Shown: positions 1 to 11,510 of the stretch, in pieces
Position numbering within the stretch: position 1 is the first letter of the stretch
Layout of the letters: each line of letters begins with the position of its first letter
Origin: Octopus sinensis
Lineage: Eukaryota
Assembly (NCBI RefSeq): GCF_006345805.1
Contig: NC_043011.1
Span: 12,350,464 to 12,414,463 of the forward strand
Reading direction: 5' to 3'
Length of the DNA: 64,000 nt
Notes under the pieces: generated by a model
Told to the model about the DNA's origin: nothing
The model's database searches: none
The model's input: the letters and a program-made list of their open reading frames with translations, nothing else
Translations under genes and position numbers: made by a program

Positions 1-23
1 TGATATTATATATACATACATTT

Positions 24-59
<36 letters not shown>

Positions 60-151
60 GCTAGATAGATAGATAGATATTATATATATATATATACACA
101 CAGACATTTTATACATACATATATATATATATAGATATACACAGACATTTT

Positions 152-197
<46 letters not shown>

Positions 198-198
198 G

Positions 199-325
199 AA
201 CCACATGGTTCTGGGTTCAGTCCTACTGTGTGGCACCTAGGGCAAGTGCCTTCTACTATAGCCTTGGGCTGACCAAAGCCTTGTGAGTGAATTTGGAAGA
301 CGGAAACTGAAAGAAGCCCATTGTA

Positions 326-373
<48 letters not shown>

Positions 374-580
374 CTTGTGTCTGTGTTTGTCCCCCCAATA
401 TCGCTTGACAAACGATGGTGGTGTGTTTACATCCCTGTAACTTAGCGGTTCGGCAAAAGACTAATAGAATAAGTACTAGGCTTACAAAGAATAAGTCCTG
501 AGGTCGATTTGCATGACTAAAGGTGGTGCTCCAGCATGGCCACAGTCAAATGACTGAAACAAGTAAAAGAGTAAAGAGTA
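199..580 (+). mobile_element. tRNA-derived SINE family A (5'-truncated)
   Basis: B box GGTTCAGTCC, internal (TA)n(TG)n and GTAAAAGA tail. Over 10 copies in the window. Confidence 0.9.
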
Positions 581-601
581 TATATATATACACATTGAGA
601 C

Positions 602-648
<47 letters not shown>

Positions 649-719
649 GAGGTGTGTATATGTTTGGTAATACAAGCGGGAAAATAGAACTCAAAACATG
701 AGTATATATATATTTTTTA

Positions 720-1760
720 TTTCATCAACAGAAGTCACAGTGTGGCCCAAGGGCCGAGTGTTTCATGTATTGGCACTTGTAAGAAAGACATGAATGAGGA
801 GAAGATTCCAGAGGGATGATATTCTGGAGATGTAGAATTGGGCACTGCAGTTAGTGCTGAGCTGGGATGGGATTGGACACACTAAGTGTACCAAGAGGTG
901 GAGAGAGGAATGGGTTGAGGGTACCCGAGTAGTAGAGGTATGAGGCAGAGGTCATAGTAGTCACAGTAAAAACAGAGTGGAGACAGTACGCCTGTAAGAA
1001 ATGCCGAAATTCGAGAAATTAAACTACGTTAAACTTACAAACTACAATCTTCTCAAGAAAGCCAATACAAAAAGATGTTTTATTTTGACACATTCTACCA
1101 GTATACGAAGTTTAAAATATTTTAGTTACCAAGAAATTATGTTGAAAACTGCTGTTCAAACCGAAAAGATCCTTTAGTTACCAGGAAATTATGTTGAAAA
1201 CTGCCGTTCAAACTGAAAAGATCCGGGATTTACAATGATAGTGAGGCCAAGCAGGTGAAACAACTGTGAGGGCTCTAGCTGAGTGCACTCACATATAGTG
1301 GGGTGGGGCGGGGTGGTGGTGTTTTCTTGATACAAGTTGTGTACTTCAGATTTTTTTGATATTAAAAGAGACAGGGGTGGCATAATCCTGCTGGAGTTTA
1401 CTCTCAAGGTCTCCGTTTAAGGAATCAATGCATGTTAAGGTAAGCTTGTGGAGGAATAAAAAATACTGTCAACCAGGCATTGTTGGATGAGATGCCACGT
1501 AGGTCATTGATGGATTGAAGGAAGAGAGGTTGGGATAACACCAAATCCTGGAAAACACTAGAGTTTATGGAGAGTAGGACAGAAAAAGCTCTATCAACAC
1601 ATGTGACAGCAATGCAATCTAATGGGAATTTGCTGGTCAAAAAGATGAGAGATGGGCAGAGTCTCTAGGTGGGAAGTTTAGGTCATTTGACTTACTTACA
1701 GGAAACAATTTCCAGGTCAGACTCCAGAAGTAGCTGGAATGCTGGGACAAGGTGGCTATT
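720..1760 (-). mobile_element. Old CR1/L2-like LINE RT fragment, interrupted by a MITE end
   Basis: VFQDLVLSQPLFLQSINDL resembles VPQGSVLxPxLFLxxINDL; also HLLGLTI. Confidence 0.5.
985..1223 (-). mobile_element. Truncated copy of the same MITE with its terminal ~52 bp tandemly duplicated
   Basis: tttagttacc..aaattatgttgaaaactgc.gttcaaac.gaaaagatcc occurs twice (about 1121-1172 and 1172-1223). Confidence 0.75.
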
Positions 1761-2208
1761 TCAAAGGAGATGATGTTAAAAATTAGGTAAATAAGTTATT
1801 TTCTATTAATCAAAATTAGTCTGAGAACCTTTTGTTACCACCTTGTATGTTATCTAGGCACCTGAGGGGTACATTTAAAATCATCAGAATGATCTAGAAC
1901 AACCAAGAAGTTAGAAGAATTTCTATAAATGTCAAACCTACGAGTTCTGCAAGCCACTGGTAGGATTTAAGAACCATGATCTTACTCATCTAACAAGCTG
2001 GTAGCCATTTCAGTGTGTGTGTGTGTGTGTGTGTGTGTTTGCACATGTGCATATAAATGTTTGTGTGTTTGGATGTACAAATATATATGAGAATTTATAT
2101 ATATATATAAATATTATATTAGAGGAAAAATCAAAACGATGGCAGAATGAGTATCTCAAGTATCTCAAGTAATTTGGAATAATTTAATTAGGGTAAGGTA
2201 AATTTGAA

Positions 2209-2284
2209 GTCTTACAGCCATTTCTGGGATAACCCAGGTGATTGGTCAGCATGTCTGTGCATTGGGTATTCCATCATTAGAGAC
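2209..2284 (-). ncRNA. Degenerate hammerhead motif (left arm of 2111-2487 palindrome)
   Basis: GUCU-CUAAUGA-stem II-GAAAU-GGCU-GUA-AGAC. G5->A, stem I perfect 4 bp. Confidence 0.55.
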
Positions 2285-2322
2285 AAGGTATGAATATTTC
2301 CTGTCTAAAATATTCATACCTT

Positions 2323-2398
2323 GCCTTTGATGACGGAATACCCAGTACACAGATATGTTAACCAACCACTTGGGTTATCCCAGAAACAGGTGTAAGAC
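2323..2398 (+). ncRNA. Degenerate hammerhead motif (right arm of 2111-2487 palindrome)
   Basis: GCCU-UUGAUGA-stem II (GGAAUACCCAG/CUUGGGUUAUCC)-GAAAC-AGGU-GUA-AGAC. C3->U and one stem I mismatch. Confidence 0.55.
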
Positions 2399-2580
2399 TT
2401 CAAATTCACCTTACCCTAATTAAATTATTCTAAATGACTTGAGATACTCATTCTGTCTTGGTTTTGATTTTTCCTCTAATATAATATATACCTGCTATAA
2501 CAGAACCCTAACACAGATCCCTACATCGAGCCTTAGCACTTAACCAGCATAACTAAACCCCTCATATTCTTTATATATAT

Positions 2581-2636
<56 letters not shown>

Positions 2637-2641
2637 GTATG

Positions 2642-2676
<35 letters not shown>

Positions 2677-2826
2677 TCAAAGAGCAATAAAGATTCAAGT
2701 TAATTTAAAAGAATTTACTTGAATATGGTACCTAATTTAGATGCACCAAAAAAAACTATACTGATTTAACAATACAGTAATGTGGGGTGATTATAAGCGA
2801 GAAAGAAGCAACAAGAATGGATAGGT

Positions 2827-2917
2827 TTTTAGTACGATCGTTTCATACAAGGACAGGTTTTATTAAAAGTTGCAAAGATTACAGCATATAAACGAGTCCC
2901 GTACTCATCAGCTAAAA
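2827..2917 (-). ncRNA. Minimal type-I hammerhead ribozyme motif (PLE-type), intact core
   Basis: UUUUAG-CUGAUGA-stem II (GUACGGGAC/GUCCUUGUAU, long loop)-GAAAC-GAUC-GUA-CUAAAA. Stem I is 6 bp, stem III is the palindrome ACGAUCGU, predicted cleavage after GUA (2833). Confidence 0.85.
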
Positions 2918-4626
2918 TACATGTAAGTTCTCTAGACATCCTAGTGTTTGAGGCTATACTCATGAAGTAATGTAGATAATTAAACAGATTTCTAAAGTTC
3001 ATTAAAGTTCTTTAAAGATGATGTACAGTCTTATCACAGAATTTAAAAAAAGTTTTGATAGCATCACAGAGAAGGTGACCTAATCCATATGAATTTCCAT
3101 AGATATGATGAGGGATTACATACTCACAGAAGACAAATTTATCCATTGTTAATTACAACGAGGTGGGTCTCAATTCCTGCTTATTAGCATTACAGAGAGG
3201 GTGAATTAATCCTTTGTATAGATGCACAGATTCCAATGGTGTAGATGTAAATTTCCAGAGAAATGGAGATGAATTTCATATTCACAGGCGATAAATTTTA
3301 CAATGGTTGAACACAATGAGGTAGGTATCAATCCTTGTTATATGATTAGGTATTTGCCACATTAATCACATTACTGCTATTCACAAGAGGCTGTAGCTAT
3401 TTAACTCTTAAAGGCTGAAGGGCTTTCTAGATCGGCCAAGAATAGAGAAGGGAATAGAAGAAAAGAGAGAAAATAATGGAGGAGGGAGCAAAAAAGGGGG
3501 GGGGGAAAGGGGGACTAAAAGAGAAGAGAAAAGGAAACAGAGAATAAGAAGAAGAAAAAGAAAAAAGAGAAAAGAGAAAGAAATAGGGAAAGAAGGGAAA
3601 AAAAGAAAAAGAAAAAAAGAGGGTTCTAGTTATACAGAAGAGTTAGTAGACTGCCAGTCTGGTTTTAATCAACAGGCATCTAGGAACTAGAGGAGAATAT
3701 TATTCTTTGACCAGTAAACCGTTAATTTATTGCTGTTGAAATCAGCTATGAGTTTAAAGAGAATCTAAAGAGATAACACAGTCAGGGGTTAAGGGGTCAG
3801 ATGCTAAAATCACCAGAAAATACATTAGGAAAATCTAAGTATAATCTTATCAAAAAGTCATTAAAAATTTACTTATTTAATTTATTCATTTTATTGTCTT
3901 AAGGAGTTGTCGTTATTATTCATACATTGACTGACTACAGGTCAAATCTTATAAGATCATTTACAAGGTGTTAGGGGATTGTCTATCATAATGAAGATAA
4001 TCATATTATCACCGAGGGAATAGCCTTATTTATTTAATTATGAAATAGAATTATGGGGCTACAGTAACTCATTATAATTTATTAGAGTTATGCTACTTAA
4101 ATTAGATTAAGTTAGGAATTAAAATTAAATATTACAATTAAGATTTAAAATTAAGAATTTAAAAATTGTGAGTTTGAAATTAAATAAAGCCTCAATTAAG
4201 TAGCGAATAAGTACTATTCATTTCCCTGTTCTCAAAATACTGATGCAGATATAAGGAAAAAGATAAAGATAACTGTAATGTGAGAACTCTTAGTTATCTA
4301 CTTAAAGCAGTGCTATACTAGTAGAAATCAAGGATTAATTCACCCTCTCTGTAATGCTAATAAGCAGGAATTGAGACCCACCTCGTTGTAATTAACAATG
4401 GATAAATTTGTCTTCTGTGAGTATGTAATCCCTCATCATATCTATGGAAATTCATATGGATTAGGTCACCTTCTCTGTGATGCTATCAAAACTTTTTTAA
4501 AATTCTGTGATAAGACTGTACATCATCTTTAAAGAACTTTAATGAACTTTAGAAATCTGTTTAATTATCTACATTACTTCATGAGTATAGCCTCAAACAC
4601 TAGGATGTCTAGAGAACTTACATGTA

Positions 4627-4717
4627 TTTTAGCTGATGAGTACGGGACTCGTTTATATGCTGTAATCTTTGCAACTTTTAATAAAACCTGTCCTTGTATG
4701 AAACGATCGTACTAAAA
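4627..4717 (+). ncRNA. Minimal type-I hammerhead ribozyme motif (PLE-type), intact core, inverted copy of 2827-2917
   Basis: ttttag (4627-4632), CTGATGA (4633-4639), GAAAC (4700-4704), GATC, GTA (4709-4711), ctaaaa (4712-4717). Confidence 0.85.
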
Positions 4718-4832
4718 ACCTATCCATTCTTGTTGCTTCTTTCTCGTGTATATATATATATATATATGTAGGTCCCGGGGTGAGTCGGGGTTAACCACAG
4801 TAAATAAGGTGCTCAATACATAGCAGAGTAAA

Positions 4833-4946
4833 ATAATTTATTTTATAGAAGGAGCTTCTACAGGACTAGAACTGTTTCATTCAGATGAAATCTTCAGGAA
4901 GCTCCTGAATGAAATAGTTCTAGTCCTGTAGAAGCTCCTTCTATAA

Positions 4947-4956
<10 letters not shown>
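4833..4956. repeat. Hairpin with 52-bp arms (4833-4884 / 4905-4956) overlapping a hammerhead
   Basis: ataatttattttatagaaggagcttctacaggactagaactgtttcattcag versus its reverse complement, one mismatch. Confidence 0.9.
4851..4905 (-). ncRNA. Minimal hammerhead ribozyme motif, second family
   Basis: GGAGCUUC-CUGAAGA-UUUCAUCUGAAU-GAAAC-AGUUCUAGUCCU-GUA-GAAGCUCC. Stem I 8 bp, stem III 4 bp, weak stem II (U.U at 10.1/11.1). Confidence 0.7.
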
Positions 4957-4980
<24 letters not shown>

Positions 4981-5306
4981 CTGTATGTAAGAATAGCTTA
5001 CCCAAATCTAATTTCTTTTAAAAAATATCCTATGATGTCATTGTTTGAATTCAGGAATTTTTTGCAATATTTATTTGTACTTTTAAACTGAAAAGTAAAT
5101 TATACCATAAAATATTGAGTGTATAAAATTAAACACTCGTGAATATTAGAATGGGCTATGTATTGTGTCTGTAAAGCTACTTTTGCAAAGTAGTGAGGAT
5201 ATGTATATACTAATATTAATGATTGAATTTCATAGAATATTGGGTAGATGGTTGAATTTCTTATTTATGTGTAATATTCTTTTATTATGTTTCTGGTAGG
5301 CAAAAT

Positions 5307-6625
5307 TTATTATCTCCGCCAAGGAAGGAGGTTATATTTTCAGTGGCGTTGGTTTGTCCATCTGTCCATTTGTGTGCAAAATAATTCTAAAAGTTGTAAA
5401 TAGTATTTAATGAAACTTGCAGAAAAAGTAGGTAATGACACAAGGAACAGATGATGAAATTTTGTTAGTGATCTGGGAATTTTTATGGATTCTTGAAGGA
5501 TTTTTCATTTGTTATATTTACTTTACATGAAGTATTACAATGTTATGTTCTTTGATTATCTCCCTTGAAAGCACGTTCATCGTTTCCACGTAACCTATGG
5601 TGGCATTGCTGTTTCCAAAGTTTATTTTCATTTCTCTATTAGTAATTTTACTCACGTATCTATCTTAAAATGAGCTGCTTGGCAGAGGTCTGACAAGCCT
5701 TGACTATTGGGATTGACTCAAAAAGCTTAAGCTTTACCCCCTCCACCGCCGCTGTGAGCTCTATATCATCTGTATGATGTGGAAAATATTCCCTCAACAT
5801 TGCCCATCTTTAAAATTCATCCGAGGCTTGACCCCGTGCCATCTGTCCACTACAGAAATGTTTGTGTTGTATCACAACACTATGACAGAACTATTTCACC
5901 TCATGCCAGACACACTTAAAGGAGGAAAGTGACTTCATGGTATTCAAATAATCCCTAGATGATTACCCCCAACAAATACTAGATAAACCACCCACACCCA
6001 GATATGTCTCTGAAAACAATAACCCTCTGCTTTAATGGGCTACGGTTCCCCTGAAGTGACTGTGTATCTCTTCTAGGTGGTGCTTTTAAATTAGACATGG
6101 CCTGAGTCAACTTTAGCCGAAACTTATCTAAGTAATCTAATCTATGCTATAACCTTCTAATCAAAGCATAATAACGTGGGTAGAGGCTGATGTCTTAACA
6201 TTTCTGATGGTCTTAAGTATAAAAAAAATTATTAAAGATTTATATAAAACTACATTCAGAGTATGTCTATAAGCTATTGTGTTTAGACCTGGTTTCTATC
6301 CTCAAAATGTTCTGTTTTGTATATGCAATTTTTTTCTTTTAATAAAGCACTCCAAAATTAGAAAAATCAAAAATCTGCAACAATCTCGGTCCCATGAGTA
6401 TCGGATAATGGATTTTCAACTGTGTAAAGAAATTGATTGTAGTGATCGTAGTTTTGATGGTGATTGTGGTGAAAGCAGAGACAGTGTTGATGATGATGAT
6501 GGTTGAGATAAGTATGGGTTTTGCTGGCGTTGGTTTGGGAAATTGGGCAATTTTCAGCATGCGTGTATATGGATGGAAACGAGCTGCTTGGCGGAGGTCT
6601 GCACTCTCCAAGTGCTTTTCTAGTT
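5307..6625 (+). mobile_element. Helentron-associated (HINE-like) element with an internal insertion
   Basis: Sub-terminal inverted repeats ctccgccaa / ttggcggag and 3' hairpin gcact-ctcca-agtgc followed by ttttctagtt. Body 5307-5692, end 6581-6625. Confidence 0.55.
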
Positions 6626-6996
6626 TGTATCTAATTTTAGGGTATATTCTCAAAATTAGCTACGCTAATTTTATAAGGTCTTTTCTGAATACATACTCAT
6701 TTATACTGTGTGATATTAAGAGGTTATCATCTTTGTATAAATCTCCTTAGTACATAGGAAATGTTTTCTGCAAAATGTCCAAAATACTGATTCAAATAAC
6801 TTCACATCATTTTACCTCATTGTGCAATAAGCATATGAATCATGGATGTCATAAGATTTATAATGACAACTTCATTTAGCTAGTAATTTCACTAGTATAA
6901 TTAACCATTTCAGCCACTAGGATAAAAACAGACACAGAGTGGGTAAGTTTGAATGTCGCTGATTGAATAAAATGGAACAAAATGATCATACAAGTG

Positions 6997-7242
6997 AGTG
7001 AGTGAGTGAGAGAGAGAGACACACACACACACACACAAGCACGGAGAAACAGAGAGAGGGAGGAGAAAGAAAGAGAGAAACAGAGAGAGGAAGAGAGAGA
7101 AACAGAGAGAAAGAAAGGGAGAGAAAGAGAAACAGAGAGAGGAAGAGAGAGAAACAGAGAGAGAGAGAGAGAGAGAAACAGAGAGAGAGAGAGAGAGAGA
7201 GAAACAGAGAGAGAGAAACAGAGAGAGGAGAGAGAGAGAAAC

Positions 7243-7273
<31 letters not shown>

Positions 7274-7445
7274 CAGAGAGAGAGAGAGAGAAACAGAGAC
7301 AGAGGGAAAGAGAGGGAGAGTGGGAGAGAGAAACAGAGAGAGAGAGAGAAACAGAGAGAAGGAGAGAGAGAGAGAGAAACAGAGAGAGAGAGAAACAGAG
7401 AGAGAGAGATAGAGGGAGAGAGAAAAACAGAGAGAGAGAGAGGGA
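6997..7445. repeat. Compound (AG)n/(AGAAAC) microsatellite
   Basis: Direct inspection. Confidence 0.95.
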
Positions 7446-7835
7446 GAGTGTGTGTGTGTGTAAGTGTATTTGTGTGTAATATGTTTTTATTCTGTTTTAT
7501 CCAATCAGTGTATGTTATAAAATTCAAACCTGTCAATTTATATCCTTGCTTCCTTCATACTTTGGATCCTATGCTTTGAGAACTCCTACTTCCATTGTGG
7601 ATTTTGTCACCTAGGTAACAAAAGCTGTCAATAACGTCTACAGAATCTTTCAGGTATTGAAAGGCATTCATTGCATAGATGTTCCTGATGCTAACTACAT
7701 CGACACATCCACTAAACTATTTAGTTTATATACGCATATCTATCCTTTATTCAATAATACAGAGGTGGATGCCCTTCCTAATGCCGACTACTTAACAGAG
7801 TGTACAAGGTTCATACATATATACACATATATAAA

Positions 7836-8675
7836 CAAATGAGAGAAACAGAAAATGGAATTTACGAGATTCTTTATTAATCTCAAAGATCATTTCAAGC
7901 AATCTTGCATCGATGCCTTGTGGGTGAGATTCTGTACAACTGGTTATGGTACATCCTTTGGTGCTGACGTGTCTGGTCAGGTGACTTTTCAAAAGGTACT
8001 TCATTCAATAATCTCTGTTTTGTTTGGTCTGATTATATAGCATTTGCCTGTGGGTATGTTGCCTACAGGCTTTGTGCTTTCAAAACCACAAGGACTATAG
8101 GTGAAACCAAGTTTATTGGATAAGGTATCTTTTGAAAAGTCGCCCGATGAGACACATCTGCACCAAATGATGCATCATAACTGGTTGTCCAGAATCTCAG
8201 CCACAAGGGATTGATGCAAGATGGATCAAAACAAGGGATCGATGCAGTGGTAAGTAGCTTGCTTACCAACCACATGGTTCTGGGTTCAGTCCCACTGCGT
8301 GGCGCCTTGGGCAAGTGTCTTCTATTATAGCCTCGGGCCGACCAAAGCCTTATGAATGGATTTGGTAGATGGAAACTGAAAAGAAGCCCATCATATATAT
8401 GTATGTATATATGTGTGTGTGTGTGTGTTTGTGTGTCTGTGTTTGTCCCCCCAACATCGCTTGACAACCGATGCTGGTGTGTTTACGTCCCAGTAACTTA
8501 ACGGTTTGACAAAAGAGACCGATAGAATAAGTACTAGGTTTACAAAGAATAAGTCCTGGGGTCGATTTGCATGAGTAAAGGCGGTGCTCCAGCATGGCCA
8601 CACTCAAATGACTGAAACAAGTAAAAGAATAAAAGAGTAATCTCGTTAATTTCATTTTCTGTTTCTCCCATTTGT
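7836..8675. repeat. Degenerate fold-back element whose right arm is interrupted by a SINE
   Basis: 7895-8010 is inverted at 8115-8230, and 7836-7875 is inverted at 8640-8675 on the far side of the SINE. Confidence 0.7.
8247..8639 (+). mobile_element. SINE family A
   Basis: Matches other copies along its length. Confidence 0.9.
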
Positions 8676-8987
8676 TGTATGCTTGACAAACACTGAGGAA
8701 TTCCTGAGGTAGATCCAGTGGCATTTATATCAGTTCTGTAGATGACATCAGGTATCCATAGACAGTAAACATGCTTTAATCAACATCCTACCAGGTGTAT
8801 GTACAAGCTTTAACTCACTATTTATATATACATATATGTATGTGTGTATAACAAGTGCATAGTGGCAGTTGGCTAGGGGATCAATCGTGAAATGATCTCT
8901 TTCAAATGCCCAGAAAGTTCTGTAGAAGTAATTGATGGCTATTGTTAGCTAGGTGACCTAATCAGCAATGAAGGTTGTTATATTTCA

Positions 8988-9166
8988 ATATTTACTTTAC
9001 ATGAAGTATTACAATGTTATGTTCTTTGATTATCTCCCTTGAAAACACGTTCATCGTTTCCACGTAACCTATGGTGGCATTGCAGTTTCCAAAGTTTATT
9101 TTCGTTTTTCTATTAGTAATTTTACTCACGTATCTATCTTAAAATGAGCTGCTTGGTGGAGGTCTG
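8988..9166 (+). repeat. Near-identical second copy of 5514-5692
   Basis: About 180-bp direct repeat that ends at the same base (..gaggtctg). Confidence 0.85.
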
Positions 9167-9244
9167 TGGAGTAGCCAGAATAAAAATTGGAAGGAAACAG
9201 TTCCTTCCACCCAACTCTCTGTCTCTGACTCTGTCTGTCCGTTC

Positions 9245-9324
<80 letters not shown>

Positions 9325-9724
9325 TGGTATATGGTACTGAAATATGGGACACCGAATGTGAATGAAGCATGAGGACTGGATAGAAACAATGTGATGATAC
9401 TCTGATGAACGTGTAATGTTAATGTGCTTGAAATCAAGGTCTGATTGCGCTGAAAGAAATAGAACGAGTATAAAAAGAATCAGTAGAAGTATGTATAACG
9501 GAAAATGAAGCTGGTACAGACATGTAATGAGGATGAAGTTTGAGAGTCGGGTAAAGAAGAACCAAGCTGTATGCGTAGAAGGGAACTATGAGAGAAGAAG
9601 GATCAGGACATGGGCCAAAGTAGGGAGGGTTGATTTCAGGAGGCACATGTGTGTGTGCATGCATGCATGCATGTGTTTGTGTGTGTGTGTGTGAAATAGT
9701 CTACTGAACTGATTTCAGTATATT

Positions 9725-9961
9725 AAGGCGGTGAGCTGGCAGTATCGTTAAGCACGCCAGGCGAAATGCTTATCGTATTTCGTCTACCACTACGTTCTGA
9801 GTTCAAATTCCGCCGAGGTCAACTTTACTTTTCATCCTTTCGGGGTCGATAAATTAAGTACCAGTCAGGCACTGGGGTCGATGTAATTGACTTAATCCGT
9901 TTGTCTGTCTTTGTTTGTCCCCTCTATGTTTAGCCCCTTGTGGGCAATAAAGAAATAAGTA
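9725..9961 (+). mobile_element. tRNA-derived SINE family B
   Basis: Head aaggcggtgagctggcag, B box GAGTTCAAATTCC, central ttttcatcctttcggggtcgataaattaagtacc. Confidence 0.88.
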
Positions 9962-10463
9962 TATTACTAGTACTTATTTAGTATCTATTCAACCCTAGAA
10001 AGACGCAAGACAAGTTAGCTCTAGAATAGAAGAATGAAACTAAATACCCCTATGTACATTGACACCCTACAACTTCTACCAAACCACTATATGACGATGA
10101 TGATGGGAATAGCAACGGCTTTGACACCCATGACAGATGGTGATGCCAGTAGCAGCATGAAAATTTTCAAAATTGTCACCTTTTCATTGGTGCTAAAAAG
10201 AAATACATTGACATTATGTACATCTTTAAATGTACACCTTAATTAATCAAAAGTTATTATTGCAATTAATTACCACAAAGTTGAAGTGCTGTTGTTTTAA
10301 ATCTCCAAAGTCAAGCAAAGTTTTTGTAGTACTAACTACCTCTAAGTTTTGAACCATCACAAAATATTGAATGCTTTTCTTTAATTATTTAGATTAATAG
10401 TAAAACCAAAATGTACCAGAATCCAGCTGTATTTTAACTAATCATAATTTATCCAATGTAAAT

Positions 10464-10668
10464 TGTAATTTCAGTGTGGAAGGTGCTTATAAGCCATTTA
10501 AGAAACACACAAAACCGTTAGATTCATTTCAACATTTAAATTTAATTTGTCAGGTCGCGGTCTCAAAGCGATGAAAATATTTTGACAAATTAAATTTAAA
10601 TGTTGAAGTGAATCTAACGGTTCTGTGTGTTTCTTAAATGGCTTATAAACACCTTCCATGCTACAATT
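10464..10668. repeat. Fold-back element, ~85-bp near-perfect arms and 30-nt spacer
   Basis: tggaaggtgcttataagccatttaagaaacacac...aatttgtca / tgacaaatt...gtgtgtttcttaaatggcttataaacaccttcca. Confidence 0.9.
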
Positions 10669-11100
10669 ATTTTCTTTCCAGCACACGATCTCAGATCAAG
10701 TCACTCGCTCTGCAAGTACATCTCCATAAATTGTAATTTGCTTTACAATTATTTTCTAACATAAGCACAGAACCTGAAGTTTGGGTAAGGGAAACCTTAG
10801 AATCAACCACAATATTTGTTTGATACTTTAACACAAAAGAGTGAAAGGTAAAGTTGTCCTTGGCAGGACTTGAACTTAGAATGTAAAGATCTAGAACAAG
10901 TACTGCACAGCATACATTAAAAACTATTTCTTGTTTAGTACACCCACCAGACACACTTAATAGCATTCAATGGTTCTGACCTACAGAATTTTCTGAAATG
11001 GCCCAACTTATCACAGTTAAAGCATTTGTTCACACATGTAGGATAAGCTAGAAAGATGTGGCAGTTTGAGACTAATCTTAATCTAGTTTTGTTAACTTGC

Positions 11101-11510
11101 TTACTCTTTTACTTGTTTCAGTCATTTGACTGCGGCCATGCTGGAGCACCGCCTTTAGTCGAGCAAATTGACCCCCAGGACTTATTCTTTGTAAGCCCAG
11201 TACTTATTCTATCGGTCTCTTTTGCCGAACCGCTAAGTGACGGGGATGTAAACACACCAGTATCGGTTGTCAAGCAATGCTAGGGGGACAAACACAGACA
11301 CACAAACACATACACACACACTTATATATATATATATATATACATATATACGACATGCTTCTTTCAGTTTCCGTCTACCAAATCCACTCACAAGGCATTG
11401 GTCGGCTCGGGGCTATAGCAGAAGACACTTGCCCAAGATGCCACGCAGTGGGACTGAACCCTGAACCATGTGGTTGGTTAGCAAGCTACTTACTACACAG
11501 CCACTCCTGC
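11101..11510 (-). mobile_element. SINE family A
   Basis: Full length, A box and B box present. Confidence 0.9.

Larger units (their letters stand above)
2111..2487. mobile_element. Fold-back (palindromic) element, probably PLE-derived
   Basis: Imperfect arms of about 189 bp (atattatattagaggaaaaatcaaaac ... gttttgatttttcctctaatataatat) around an 8-nt loop at about 2300-2307. Each arm has a hammerhead relic. Confidence 0.75.
2798..4746. mobile_element. Element with 417-bp near-perfect inverted termini (2798-3214 / 4330-4746), each ending in a hammerhead; PLE-like inverted pLTR architecture
   Basis: Arms match almost base for base (one substitution noticed in the A/T run near 3048). No recognisable RT or GIY-YIG ORF, so the PLE call rests on the hammerhead architecture. 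Confidence 0.7.

Noticed and set aside
6910-7536. Long ORFs (up to 208 aa) rich in RE/SL repeats
   Set aside because: They are translations of an (AG)n microsatellite.
9402-9450. Other CTGATGA hits (9402, 14176, 17357, 23823, 46257)
   Set aside because: None has GAAA, NUH and stem I complementarity in hammerhead order.
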